Shown here: positions 13,647 through 27,491 of the stretch, piece after piece
Layout: every line of letters begins with the position of its first letter
Numbering within the stretch: position 1 is the first letter of the stretch
NCBI GenBank assembly: GCA_951406725.2
Contig: OX597824.1
Coordinates: 79,360,001-79,424,000, forward strand
Length of the DNA stretch: 64,000 nt
Direction of reading: 5' to 3'
Origin: Octopus vulgaris
Taxonomy: Eukaryota
Position numbers and translations under genes: made by a program
Notes under the pieces: model-generated
The model's input: the letters and a program-made list of their open reading frames with translations, nothing else
Database searches by the model: none
What the model was told of the DNA's origin: nothing

Positions 13647-15742
13647 TATATATATATATACACTTTATATATTTTATGCACAATTTTATAGACTTAATAC
13701 ACAGCACTCTCCCTCTTTCTTTCTCACTCTTCACCCCTTTTCCTCCCACCTTTTTCTTTCAACTTTCCCTTCAATTAATCACGTGAAAGTGTTACAAACG
13801 GGCCAAGTAATGGAGGAGAAAAATTGAGTTCAAAACAAAAATTACACATTTCACTCACCACCACCTCTTCCTTCCTCTCCCATCACACTTCTCCCCTGCT
13901 CCAACTAATCGCGTGGAAGCATTACAAATGGGCTAAGTAATGAAGGAACAAGCAGAATTATTATAAGATTGCCTTTCAGTATTTCTTTTTAAATCCGTTT
14001 ACATTCTCAATTCAAATTTCAATATGGTAAAGATTCCTTTTTATCCTTCTTGCTCTGTTAATGATGTCCACTCTTTTGTAGGCTTCTCTACCATTCTTCT
14101 TTTCCTCCCACCAGTCTCAGAGATCCTGAAAAGGATTGCAAGCATTGTTCTTTTCCCTCTAAGCCATTAAGAAAAATCCAAGACAAGTAATTAAATTAAC
14201 TATAATATAATACAATACCCTTAACCAAAATGTGTGGGCTTTGTGAGATATTCAAGATAGACTTAGCCAACAGCCAAACCCATCCCGCATGTGACAACAG
14301 CTGTTCAACAAAAATTTACCTCAGCAATGCTAATGATAACGAAATAAGAATAAATTACTGTTGAGATTTTATCCGCAAACCACTTGAGATAGAGACAACT
14401 GTCCAAACATTCGAGTTTAAATTATACCACACTTTGATACTTTTTGACACCTGAGCTGTCTCTAGTTCCTTAATACAAACCAACCTGTTTTAAAGTGTTT
14501 ATATTCGATTCAAAACACCTTATAGATTTTTGCTAGAACTTTTTAATTTTGTAATCATCTTTATATAGAAATATTTATAAAACATAATTATTTTACTAAA
14601 TCCAACCAAATTCTTAATTATCTTCAAAATTAAAAAGAAAGCATAAGGCTACAATGACATCGTAAAAATATAGTTGAAAACCATGAAGTTATGACACTTC
14701 GATAAAAACATAGAAATATGGAGAAAATAGTTTTGTCATAGACAAGTCTAATTATTATACAAATTGTGTGAAGAATGTTAAATTACGTACCGTGTTTCCG
14801 TGAGTAATATCCATTTTAAATCAAGTAGGTGTGTTTCTGAAGAAAGAAAAAAAACTGTTTTAAGTAACAAATCAAAATAATTCTATGAGAAAAACTCTCA
14901 CCTCCTCAATTACTTTTTTTTTTTTTAATCTGTTATTTAATAGTAGTGGTTAATTTAAAGAAATACTGGTTCTAAAGAAATATTTGTTCAGAGAAGAAAA
15001 AGATGTCTGCTAATTAAAGCGTTAACATTCCTGAAAACACTGAAAGGATAAAAAAGATTTGTAATGGAAAAAAAAAATTTATAGCATTCAAAACAAGTAT
15101 TTTTCTTAAGGAATTCATATACCAACAATCAGACAAGAACAAAACTATAATAAATAAGTAAATGTAGAAAGCAAAATTTCTTTGATAAATCTAATGGCAA
15201 TTTACAAAGGTTAGTCTCAGATAGGTTCAAAAAGTTCATACACACACACACACACACACAAAGGGAGGGAGGGAGAAGAGTTCTTCCCAAATCAATAAAA
15301 TAAGTATCAAGCAAGTAGTAGAAAATATAAACCCTTGAAAGTGGTGCTCCAGTATGGTCAAAGACAAGTGACTACATCTACCGAGCAAGAGAGGGTGTGT
15401 GTGTGTGTGTGTGTGTGTGTTTTGAAATGCAAATTAGATTTACAAAAAAAAAAAAACATCCAGTAGAGTTTATTTGTATAAAAGCTGATGAATCACTCAC
15501 TGCATCATCAATCAAAGATTCATGCTTGTGTTTGATCTGGATATCCCATGCTTTGTTTTTTATTTTTTTCTCTGCTTTTTTTTTTTTTGTCTTTCAACCA
15601 AACAGCACACTCCAACATATAGCGTGACAGTCTGAGCACATTGTTGCTTTATTTACAGTAGCCTGTTCAAATGCTGCAGGAGACATGGTCACAGTGTGAC
15701 AGTTGTCTCTCCCCAAGCAATTAGTTTTTTTTCAGAAGAGGG

Positions 15743-15804
<62 letters not shown>

Positions 15805-17154
15805 CATAAACAACGTTTGAGGCTTTGTCTGATGTTAGAAACATTTCAAATCCAGCAGGGGTTAACTGTGTCTTATACATCAGTCTTCCATGAGATAGGG
15901 GAGATTGAAAAGGAGACAAACAAATTGCCATGTTAAATAAAATTAGATTGTTTTAAACATTTTAAATTTATCCAAGACAAGTGAAAATAGAAAAATTATA
16001 TATATATATATACGAATCCAAATAGTTTTGTTTCTTCATAAATAAGGAAAGGAAATGGGGGCAAAAAATATATATTCACTAATATTCAAAGGGAGCCTAG
16101 AATTTCTCAATTTAAGAACTACCTTATATCATTCAATTGATAAAATGCAAACCAGTAACGTGGGGGGTGAGGGGGCTGATGATATATTTACAAGAGATGT
16201 GAGTTCAAGTTATACTGGCAGCCTCCAACTTTTTCTATTCAAGATATTTTTTTTTTTCTTTTAACCCAATATTTGTATGCTATTATTTATAGCTTTTCTG
16301 CTTCGAGCCTTACCATTCCAAAAGAGAATCATATATATTTTACACACACACACACACACACACATTCTATATCTCTCTCTCTCTCTCTTCCCTTCAGATG
16401 TTACCTTCTGACAATGTAAGAAAATATTATAAAGAAAAAAATTAAAATGCTGTTATGAAAGCAAAATTGTTTTATAACTCGAATGATCATTTGTTAGAGA
16501 AACTATAAAGGTCACCATCATCATCACCACAACAACAACAATGATTTATTGACAGTTTTTTACAGACAAAAAGAAAAAGTAATAAAAAAAATTGTTTATT
16601 GATGTTGGATAAGGATTTCAAATAACATTTCTTTTAAAGATTACTTTAAAAGTACTATCGTTATAAGTAGTAGTAGCAGTAGTTTTTGTTGTTGTTGTTG
16701 TTGCAGTAGCAGCAACATTACTATATTGAGAAATATGTTTTGTCTAAGGTTGGGTTTGATTGATCAAATCTTTGATCAAAAGCATTCCAGCCATGACCAT
16801 TCTGCCATTTTTCAGAGTTTTTTTTTTTTTTTTTTTTTTTTTGCTTTTTCAAGCTAATATGGTGTAATAATAAACAATTTGGTTCTTTTTTTGTGGGTTA
16901 TCATTCTCCTGCACAAAATTTCCTAATATTCCTGATGAGCAGAGAGAGATAGTAAAAGCAAGGCTCCTCTAAGCAATAACAAAGGTAATTTGGCCCTTGT
17001 TAGTAGCATATCACTTGCTCCCATAAAATCTGATGTTCAGCTCCTGTATGTATAGTTGGAAGGGTAAAGAGATAGTAGAGGTAAAGCTCCTCTAAACTAA
17101 CTTTCCCACAGTAAAAAATATTAAGAATTTTTTTTTTTTCAAGTGCCCCTATAA

Positions 17155-17388
17155 CCTATTTCTTTACTACCTACGAGGGGCGAAACACAGAGAGGACAAA
17201 CAAGGACAGACAAACAGACCAATTCGATTACATTGACCCCAGTGCATAACTGGTACTTAATTTATCGACCCCGAAAGGATGAAAGGCAAAGTCAACCTTG
17301 GCGGAATTTGAACTCAGAATGTAATGGCAGACAAAATATGGCTAAGCATTTCGCCCAGCGTGCTAACGTTTCTGCCAGCTCACTGCCA
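17155..17388 (-). mobile_element. SINE family B, full length
   Basis: Reverse complement of the family B consensus. Confidence 0.8.
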
Positions 17389-17736
17389 ACCAAAAGGTCA
17401 ACAGGGAATCACTTTTAAAGCAAAAAAGTTATACCTCAATAGACCTTCTCAATCCCACTATAACCACAGATCAGCCCTTTAAATTAGTATATTCAAGAGT
17501 GGAAGAAACAAGATATTTTTCCCTTTTTAAAAAAAAAAAAATAAAATTCATTTATTTCATCTATGCCTGTAATATTGATTAGACAGTATTGATTGATTGA
17601 AAACAATGATGTCTTTTCATTAGGTGTGATATATATCATCTCCTTCTGCTGCTTGAACGTAAGTATTTTCTCATACTTAGCTCTCTTAGAACTTGTTCTC
17701 AATAACAAGTTATTGCTTGCGTTGCTTTCAACTTAC

Positions 17737-17776
17737 GGACAAAGCCATTAGTTGTTTCCAGCACAGTGAATGTCAT
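17737..17776 (-). CDS. Candidate short coding exon (MTFTVLETTNGFV + 1 nt), product unknown
   Basis: tcttttgaaag|ATG acceptor, only one frame open, phase-1 GTAAGT donor; a strong upstream donor TAG|GTGAGT at 17930/17929 would give a 153-nt intron. Confidence 0.35.
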
Positions 17777-18519
17777 CTTTCAAAAGACTATTATATATAT
17801 ATATATATATATGTACACATATTCATATAAATATATATGTGGATACATAAAACACACACAAACGCACAAAAAGCTAGATTCAATCACATTAAATCTTGTC
17901 TCTAATAAAGATTCAACAACATCACTCACCTACAAGCTGTCAACATAAAGAGACTGTCTTTTTATTGAAGTGCTTATCGGAGTTATTAATCATTACCTTC
18001 TTGGCATTAAGTTATATTGAGACAAATGATAGATGGGTTGTTGTTTTTTAATGGTCATTTAACTCTACATCTTAGGAAAATCTTTTTTTTTCAGCTTCAG
18101 TTGGTTGAAAGTTGATCTCAAGGTTTTGCTTTTCATTTGTATTTCAGAAAGTAAATATTTGCTTTAAGTGATTGTGAGATCATTTTTTTTTTTTTCCTTC
18201 TACTCTCTATCTTTCCTCTTTTATTTAACTAGACTTTCTTTGGTTTGAGGAAATAAAAAATCAGCTGTGAGAAAGATAATCAACAATTGGAGACAATCAC
18301 ATGTAAAGACGAAGAAATATTTAATGTGTCTCATGTAGAGGCAATGATATGAAGAAAAATGTTAACAGCAAATACTTTTAACCCTTTTGATATCAATCTA
18401 GCAGAGACCAATCTTTATCCTTCTATAGAAATCCATTCAGAAATGCTAAAATTAAGTGTTTGTATTTTGATCATAATCAGTTTAGAATTCAAATAAATTA
18501 GATGGTGAGCCATCTTTAA

Positions 18520-18738
18520 CCCTTTCATTACCAACCTGGCCAAAACCGGCTCTGGCTCTGTAGTACAAATGACTTGTTTTCAAAAGGTTTTAATTAAAAT
18601 CTTCCACCAAACCTTAGTCACAATTTATGTTCCTAACACTAGCTTAATGATAACTGTTATTTTATAAAATTTTTTGTTATATTTTAAATAATTGAAGGTA
18701 ACACAGAGCATCTCAACAGAAATATGGTAACGAAAGGG
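18520..18738. mobile_element. piggyBac-type MITE (~220 bp)
   Basis: TTAA|CCCTTTCATTACC ... GGTAACGAAAGGG|TTAA. Confidence 0.85.
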
Positions 18739-19858
18739 TTAAAAAAAAATTCTTCAGCACTGATTGTTGTGTACTGAACTTCTAATCAATATAAATATAT
18801 AACAAATACCGTACATTTGTTTAATTAAAAACCAAGTTTCAATTCTCGTTAAACCAAAACTCCAATCAACTATTATAGTTATGGTCTAAAGTATAAATAT
18901 TATACACAAAGTTAATTCATTTAAAAAAACAAAATGGATTTGCATCTTTTGTTTTTGTATTTGGTTTGCAAAATTCTTGATGTGAATTCATGTCCCCTCC
19001 AAGAACTTTTAGAGAGGATTCCAGAAAGCATGGTAAAGTTTGTTTAGTTTTCTTTTTCAAAAAGCTTAATTTTGTATTGTACATGAAAAAGAATCATGTA
19101 GGTCTTTTCAAACTTTGTCATGCACACCTTTCCTAAAGAACTATTTCGGCAACAATCATATGAATTCCACTGCTCAGTCTATGATTTATAATGGCTGGTC
19201 AGGACAGTAATTATCTACTTTACACACAGAAGATTAACTGCTATGTACTAGTTGTATTGAAAACAGCATACAATGTGAAAAACAAAACAAAATGAAATAA
19301 ATGGAATAACTACCTAACTTGCTAGAAAGATACTAACTATAAACTGTTACATCTACAAAAGCAACAAATTGAAGTAATAGTATTATAATCTTTAGTTAAA
19401 TCATTTTTTTGAAAAAAAATAATGTATCAACATCCTCAAAATTTCTTACAGAAAAAGTAAATGCACCTGCTATTTTGATACTGGCAGGCTGAATGTTGAT
19501 AAAAACAGAGGGTAGATAAAGAACTTGTGGCCTTAAGCTTCCTGTGATATTTTGGGCTACTTAGTTAGGCTGCTGTTGTTTACTTATCAACATAACTCCT
19601 TAATTATTTTGATACCAATCTGTCTCAGACTGCCAATGGTTCTACAAAAATACAAAAATCGCCAGCTCAAAATATTTATATTGAAATAAAATCTATTATA
19701 ATTTTGTGTGAGAACAATTTGTTAAAAGTTATTTTCCATACATTAGCTTGACACTGACAAAGTTAATTATTTTATTAAATTCTTCCAAATACTTGATTAG
19801 TTTCAAAATTAATGGAAACACATATGCAGTGTATTTCATTCCAAATATCATTTCTTAA

Positions 19859-20073
19859 CCCTTTTCTTACCTTATTTCTGTTGAAATACACAGCTATTGT
19901 TTCAATTTTTTTTTCTTAAAATAATGAAAAGTTTAATAAAATAACTTATTATAAAGGTAGTGTTTAGAACAACATGAAATTTTGATGGAAGGTTTTAATT
20001 TAAATAACTTTAAAATAATAAAGTTTGCATCACAGAACCAGAAGTAGTCTCATGCAGGTCAGTATCAAGCAGG
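19859..20073. mobile_element. piggyBac-type MITE, older copy
   Basis: TTAA|CCCTTTTCTTACC ... GTATCAAGCAGG|TTAA. Confidence 0.7.
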
Positions 20074-20913
20074 TTAATCTATGTTCTAAACACAAGCCAA
20101 AAGAAAATTTATCCTTCCAAATCATAATCATCATTTAACGTCTGCTTTCCATGCTAGCAAGGGTTGGACGATTTGACTGAGGTCTGGCGAACCAGACTCC
20201 AATCTGATCTGGCAGAGCCTCTACAGCTGGATGCCCTTCCTAACGCCAACCACTCCGAGAGTGTAGTTAGTGCTTTTACATGCCACCGGCATGAGGGCCA
20301 GTCGGCAGTACTGGCAACAGCCACGTTCAAATGGTGCTTTTTATGTGCCACCTGCACAGGAGCCAGTCCAGCAGCACTGGCAACGACCTCGCTCAAATGT
20401 TTTTGATTATTCTCAAACCTCACTGAAGCACTGCTGGAATATGATCACAGAAAAGTTAAATGGTTTAATCTTTTAATATCATTTCTAATGCCAATAATTT
20501 TTAACAAATAAATGTGCATTTACTGATTTTATATTTCTTTACAGGCACAAATATAATACTTATCAGCCATTATTTAAGTAATATTTTTTAAAGGATATAT
20601 TAATTAATAATAATTAAATAATAATATGACATTCTGTTGCATATGTTGAATTTTCAACATGCAGCCTAAGATTTCAAATAAATAAATTGCATGCATTCAA
20701 TACAAAAAAAAGTAAAGGTTTCTTAAGAAAAAAAGGGCTGAAAGTTCCTACAATGATATAAGAGGAATGGTCCTATCACATACATCCATTCTGACACCTT
20801 GGAAACAAATGAGCAAACTCTGCCATCATAAGTTATGTGTAGTCAGTTAACAAGATTAAATTTTATTTGTCTCTAAACATTAATAATCTCAGGAACTTCA
20901 ACAAAGACATTAA

Positions 20914-21135
20914 CCCTTTTGTTATCATATTTCTGTTAAAACCTGCTGCCTTTGTCTCAGTTAATTTAGAAAATAATGAAGAACTTAATAAAATAATTCT
21001 GCCATTATTAAGCCTGTGTTTGAAATATAAATTAACAAGAGATGTTGGTGGAAGATTTTAATTTAGATCAATTTAAAACAGGAAATTTGCATCATTGAAC
21101 CAAGGGTGGTCTCAAGTGGGTTGGTATCAAAAGGG
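20914..21135. mobile_element. piggyBac-type MITE, older copy
   Basis: TTAA|CCCTTTTGTTATC ... GGTATCAAAAGGG|TTAA. Confidence 0.8.
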
Positions 21136-23051
21136 TTAAACAAAGTTACAATCCTCTTTCACTGCAACCAACCAAGGTTGCAGTGAAGCACTACCACATA
21201 GATTACAAAAATGCCAGTTTAAAGATGAAGTCAGTATGACAGTCCAGTGAGATTTACATGCTGGCTCTTTTATACTTGATGTCAGTATTAGATTAGAACT
21301 AATCCATCAACTATCACCATAGACCATGTTTATTACAAAATGAAATTGAGAAAACATAGACTATTGGTTCTATATATGCAAATATAAAGGAGACAATAGA
21401 CGTAATGGCTGAGAAATGAAAAGTGTTAGACTGATGGCCACATTAGTACCAAGTCAAAATGCTCTTGAACAAGACGTAATTTTTGATTTACTTGACTTCA
21501 ACAACAAAAAGTCCCACCCATACTTTTGTTAGCAAATATATACATACATAAATGTTTAAATTTAAATGAAAATTTCTCTCTTTCATATTAGTACAGCAAA
21601 GTAAATGAATGTGAAAATGTGTAGTAAATATTACTGACTTCAAATTTATGAAAATAAAAACAGTTAAAACATTAATCAAATCTGCACCCCCATCTTTGTA
21701 TTAGTTAGCAGTAAGGAAACTTGCATTATATATTAGTAATGATGTAAAGGGACTTTGTTAGGGACTTTTTAAAGCCCTCTGAATAGAGTGCCAATATATG
21801 ACCAGTACCATTTGCAAATGATCTGATACCCAATTGAATGTGGGTAGAACAAAATGTTCCACTCAGAAATAACAAAGCAGAATTAGTAGAATAATCACTT
21901 TATCTCTTGACTATCTAAATTATTTATTGTTGTTTAGTGAAAGGTCAATTATATATATATATAAAGGGCACAATTTGAATGAGCTTTATCTCTTAAAATC
22001 TTTCAATACTAACCCACCTGTGACTCCTCCTCACCATTCATATTTTAGTTATAATCCCAACCAGATCCCATCACTAAATAAATGCCAATTTGAGATTTCA
22101 GCAAAATAAATTCCATTATAGTTTTGTGAAAGAATAGTTTTGTAGAAGTTCTGTTCCAAATGCAACCTTTACATGTGTGTTTGTGTGTGTGTGTATGTAT
22201 GTATGTATGTATGTATGTGTGTGTGTGTGTGTGTGTGGTGCACGCACATGCACACAAACAGACACAAAGACAGGTGTGTTTGTGTTATTTTATTATACCT
22301 CTCAAAATTCTTGATCATTTCGAAAATTAACCAAAAAATATACTCTAACATGAACTGTATTCTTTTTAAAAACATTGCAGCATAGCTAAATTCATCAATA
22401 AAGCAGAGAGATATTGTCTTCATCAAGATGCCAAGGTATGCTGTAAGGGAGATTTAGCTGCTAATATTACCAGGTTGAATAACCACACAGACTTCTTTGG
22501 CTTGCTAAATGCACTATAGTATACATATTTAATTTCACCTCTATATTTTAGGCTAAAATTCTACTAGGGTCAACTCTGACAGTCTTCCTTTAGAGTCGCT
22601 AAAATATGCACCAATAATACAGAAAGGTCATCTCAATTAACTATGATAAGCCTCATCACCTGCATTCTCTAATGAAATCAGCATATTTGACTATAAATAT
22701 GTCTTCAAAAACATGTTTATAGTTGAATATTGATTACATGTTTTATGCTGTTGTGAGCGACTAACTCCAGGTTAGCTCTGATCAAGCAGAAACTTAATCA
22801 AAAGCATTTGTCATAGCCATCCCTTTTTTCATATATTAGACAATGTATCTAAACATTATCCAATGTACAACTCCTGTGATTTAAGGGAGATTTAGCTACC
22901 ATTTCTTGCAGGGTGGATTATCATGTAGACACTCCTTTAGCTTTTTTTTCTCACCCTAAAAAGATAAATCTATCACATTTTCAAGGTCTCAATAACCAAG
23001 GCTTGCTTGTTTTCTTGCTGTTGAGAAGAAATACATGGGAACTTGCCTTAA

Positions 23052-23262
23052 CCCTTTCGCTACCAAACTGGCTCTGGCTCTGTAGTACAAATGTCTTGTT
23101 TTCCTAAGTCTTGAATTAAAATCTTCCACTAAACCTTAGTCACAATTAATGTTCCTAACACTAGCTTAATGATAACTAAGTTATTTTACTAAATTCTTTG
23201 TTATATCTAAAATAATTGAGAGAAACACAGAACATCTCAAAATAAATACAGTAACGAAAGGG
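23052..23262. mobile_element. piggyBac-type MITE, same family
   Basis: TTAA|CCCTTTCGCTAC ... GTAACGAAAGGG|TTAA; shared internal ggctctggctctgtagtacaaatg. Confidence 0.85.
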
Positions 23263-23802
23263 TTAAATAAGAATATCAGTCCAACACATGGCATTCCAGT
23301 ATTATCCAGTTATGTGAATATATACAGATATTTTCGACTAAAGCAATGGAGAGGTAAGTACCTTGCAACAAAATGCAAGCAACAGATTAAGTTTGTGATC
23401 AGTGAGCTAGCTGGTAGTGAAAACCTTTCTTTGTTCCTTTTGATTCTAGGACAAATAATTCTATAACTATTACTCTTAAGAAAATAAATTAACTGCAGAG
23501 CTAATAAAATTATTCTAACAGAATAAAACATATATCAAGGATTCAAATATTATTACTTTAAAACATTTCAAGAGTTCATATCTCTGAAATAAATTTTCTA
23601 TTAATATATGGGGTGTATGTGTGAGCTTAGGAGTAGTAATATCTGATACATGCTTGATTATTCCTCTTTAAAGCTGACGGTTCCCTATGTTTCTACCCCA
23701 AACACACTCACTCATATGCATTTCTTCTCTGTCTTGGCTGAAGAAAAGCATACAACAGAGGCAGTTGGTGGGGCAATGGAGTGAATCATCAGCTCTGAAG
23801 GA

Positions 23803-23843
<41 letters not shown>

Positions 23844-24573
23844 TACGTTTACATTAGACAGAAAGAGAGAGATATACATCATTGATGACCTGTTAAGAAA
23901 AGAAACACTAATTTAGCTCTTTAACTATTACTGCATTTACAAATTCCTAACATTTCAGACAATGTAAAAGACGAAATAGCACAACTGAAAGATCAGTCAA
24001 CTGAGAATCCTTTTTTTTTTTGCCTTAGCTTTCTGGTTTAATCTTAGATTTTTGTACATTCAAACATATTGGATGGATGAAATACTATCTATAAAGACAA
24101 GGGGTCAAAACGAAGTGCAACAGACATTATGCTGTTCCAAGCCCCAGGGCAAAGCAAATAACAATTCTTGCTTCAGTGATGAAGTAGGTTTCAATCTTAA
24201 TTCACAGTTAAGTGGCCACAAAGGTAACAAGTTATAGCAGCAGTTGCTCTAAATGTATGCAACCTTTTCAAAAAATAATCTACTTGTACTAGAAAAAAAA
24301 ATTGTTGACTAACAGATTTTTTCTTTTTTTAACTACTCAAGATTTTTATATTTAGAAAATAAATTTAAAGAAAGAAAAAAAGCTTTACAAGATATACTAT
24401 TACTATTTTTTATATCTTAGCATGGATTTTTAATTGAAACAACAATAATTATCATTGGAGAGATAAACCTCTTACACTGATTTGTTTACTTAATGGAAAC
24501 CTATTTTGAAATAATGCCAATATTTTAACTAGCTTATCAAAAAGGATCCAGTCCAGAGAAAGAGAGAGAGAGA

Positions 24574-24604
<31 letters not shown>

Positions 24605-26792
24605 TGTAATGTGTATACTTTTTTATATACCTGGTTATTTCAAACACCCGTTTCTTATTAATAATATAAACCTGGAAACTACTACAGATTGCTAAACATC
24701 TGTATATAATATAGGGTAAAATATATAGATTAGATTTAAAATGTTACATAATTTTTTTTTGTTTTTTTAATCCACCATATGTTATCTTTTATCTTTCACT
24801 TGCTTCAGTCATTGGATTGCAGCCGTGATGGGGCACTGCCTTGAAGAACTTTAGTTGAAGAAATCAACCCCATGTGAACAAGCCAACATCAGTTGTCAAG
24901 AGGTGGTAGAGGAACAAACGCACATATTATTTGTGGGTTAACAAGGCTACCAGTGGTTTTATGCCGAGAGGAATTTCACACCAATTATCAAGCCTGTTAC
25001 ATGTAAAGTTGGTATACGTCTCCAAAATGGAGATGAGTACTGGCGTTAACCCACAAATAAAGAATATTAATCCAACGTGGTGTTAACCGCTCGTGTTCAA
25101 TATTAGTGTGTGTATGTGTGTACACACACAAACAAAGGGCCTCCACACAGTTTCTAACTACCAAATTCACTCACAAGGTATTGGTCATAATAGAAAGCAC
25201 TTGCCTAAGATGCCATGTAATGGGACTGAACCAAAAACCACATGGTTACAAAGCGAACTTCTTAACCACACACCCAAGCCTGCATCTTGTTTATCTCTAT
25301 ATATTTGTTTATTTTTATAAAAAATAGCAGCTAAATCTCCCCTCAATTACATTAGAGTGATATTGAAAGGACAAATTCGCACAGGTAGCCATGGCTGGAA
25401 CATTATGTCTCCTTGATCAAGACAAACCTGGACCAAACAACAACAAATTTCAGGAACAGTGGATAGAGGCACATATGAAGGTTTTCTGCATTAAAACCAA
25501 AATATAAAGGGAAGTGAAAGATTAATTAAGCTCCTTAAGTTTCCTCATTTTATATTAAATATATATCTTAACAATATCCCCATCAATAAACAGACATATT
25601 GATACCTGAAAATAAAGTTAACCCATAATTCAATGATATAATTAAACTCTATCAAGTATACTAAATTGTATGATAGACAAAATAAAATATCCACCACAGT
25701 TACTTTCTTAAATTAATACTAAAAATAATTAGCAAATCAATGTTAAAATTAATGATTTTAAATTTTGGCCTCAAGACCAGCAGTTATGAAAGGAGAAGGT
25801 TAGTTGATATCATCAATTCCAGTACTTAACTGGTACTTTATTTTATCAACCCAGAAGAAAGAAAAACAAAGTTGATGCAAATGGAATTTAAACTCAGAAT
25901 ATAAAGAGTCAAAAGAAATACTCTAACAATTCTGACAATTAACTAAGGTGCAGGCATGGCTGTGTGGTAAGTAGCTTGCTTTACCAACACGTGGTTCCAG
26001 GTTCAGTCCCACTGCATGGCACCTTGGGCAAGCGTCTTCTACTTTATAACCTTGGACCGACCAAAGCTTTGTCAGTGGATTTGGTAGATGAAAACTGAAA
26101 CAAGCCCAAAAAAGGTGGCAAGCTGGCAGAAACGTTAGCACGCCGGGTGAAATGCTTAGCAGTATTTCGTCTGTCTTTACATTCTGGGTTCAAATTCCGC
26201 TGAGGTCAACTTTGCCTTTCATCATTTCGGGGTCGATAAATTAAGTACCAGTTGCATACTGGGATCAATCTAATCGCCTGGCCCCCTCCCCAAAATTTCA
26301 GGCCTTGTGCTTAGAGTAGAAAAGAATATTAATAACAATTATAAAGTCAAATATGAATTATTAATAATCTTATATATACTTTTTACTTTGGTACAAGGCT
26401 GCAAATTTGTAGGGGAGTGGTTTAGTGATAAAAAAAAATCAGCCTATTCAAAATACCAAGCAAAAAAAAACCGAAATACTGTCACACATTTAGCCTAACA
26501 CTACCGCTAATTAATTAAACCTGAATCAATAAAAACTGAATAAATTACTTCAATGAAAAACAAACACTCTGAAAGTAAACAAACTGCTAACAAATAAATG
26601 ATAAATCAAAATAATGTACAGTTGTTTTTTCGTAGTATAGTGCTGTTGGGTCTCTTAGAATTGAAGCAGAGAAAATGAAAAATGTCTGTTAAAGAGTAAA
26701 GAACTGTTCGGTTAACATATTTAATGCAGGGCAAATCAAAAAGCTTAACTTAAAATAATTATGAGGTGGTGAAGCAAACAATATAAACTCAG

Positions 26793-27191
26793 TACTCTTT
26801 TACTTGTTTCAGTCATTTGACTGCAGCCATGCTGGAGCACCGCCTTTAGTCGAGCAACTCGACCCCAGGACTTATTCTTTGTAAGCCCAGTACTTATTCT
26901 ATCGGTCTCTTTTGCCGAACCGCTAAGTGACGGGGACATAAGCACACCAGCATCAGTTGTCAAGCAATGCTAGGGAGACAAACACAGACACACAAACACA
27001 CACACATATATATATATACACATATATACGACGGGCTTCTTTTAGTTTCCGTCTACCAAATCCACTTACAAGGCTTTGGTCGGCCCGAGGCTATAGTAGA
27101 AGACACTTGCCCAAGGTGCCACGCAGTGGGACTGAACCCGGAACCATGTGGTTGGTAAACAAGTTACTTACCACACAGCCACTCCTGCGCC
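26793..27191 (-). mobile_element. SINE family A, full length
   Basis: Near-identical to 9321-9739. Confidence 0.85.
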
Positions 27192-27491
27192 TGATATTTT
27201 TATTATTCTTGCATGAGTGGCAGACAACACTGGACATTATTTTGTTTTATGAAGATCAAAAAAGCATAGCTATCAATGTGGTTACTGAAGTAGGGATGGG
27301 GAAAATCACAAAGTAAATCTTTACAACTGTACACTGGTTGGCACTGAAACTAAATAAGGTACAAAACAGAGCTGAAGATATAAATTATGATATATCAGTC
27401 ACAACTTGGAAATGGAGAGAGAGCTGAATACAATCCAGTCAGATGAAAACTTTGTAATTTTATGTTAGCTTGTTAGTTACTTAGTCTTGAT

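Noticed and set aside
23328-23360. Plus-strand GAG|GTAAGT donor with an upstream CAG (also AAC|GTAAGT near 17658)
   Set aside because: No polypyrimidine tract and no partner exons; such hexamers are expected by chance.
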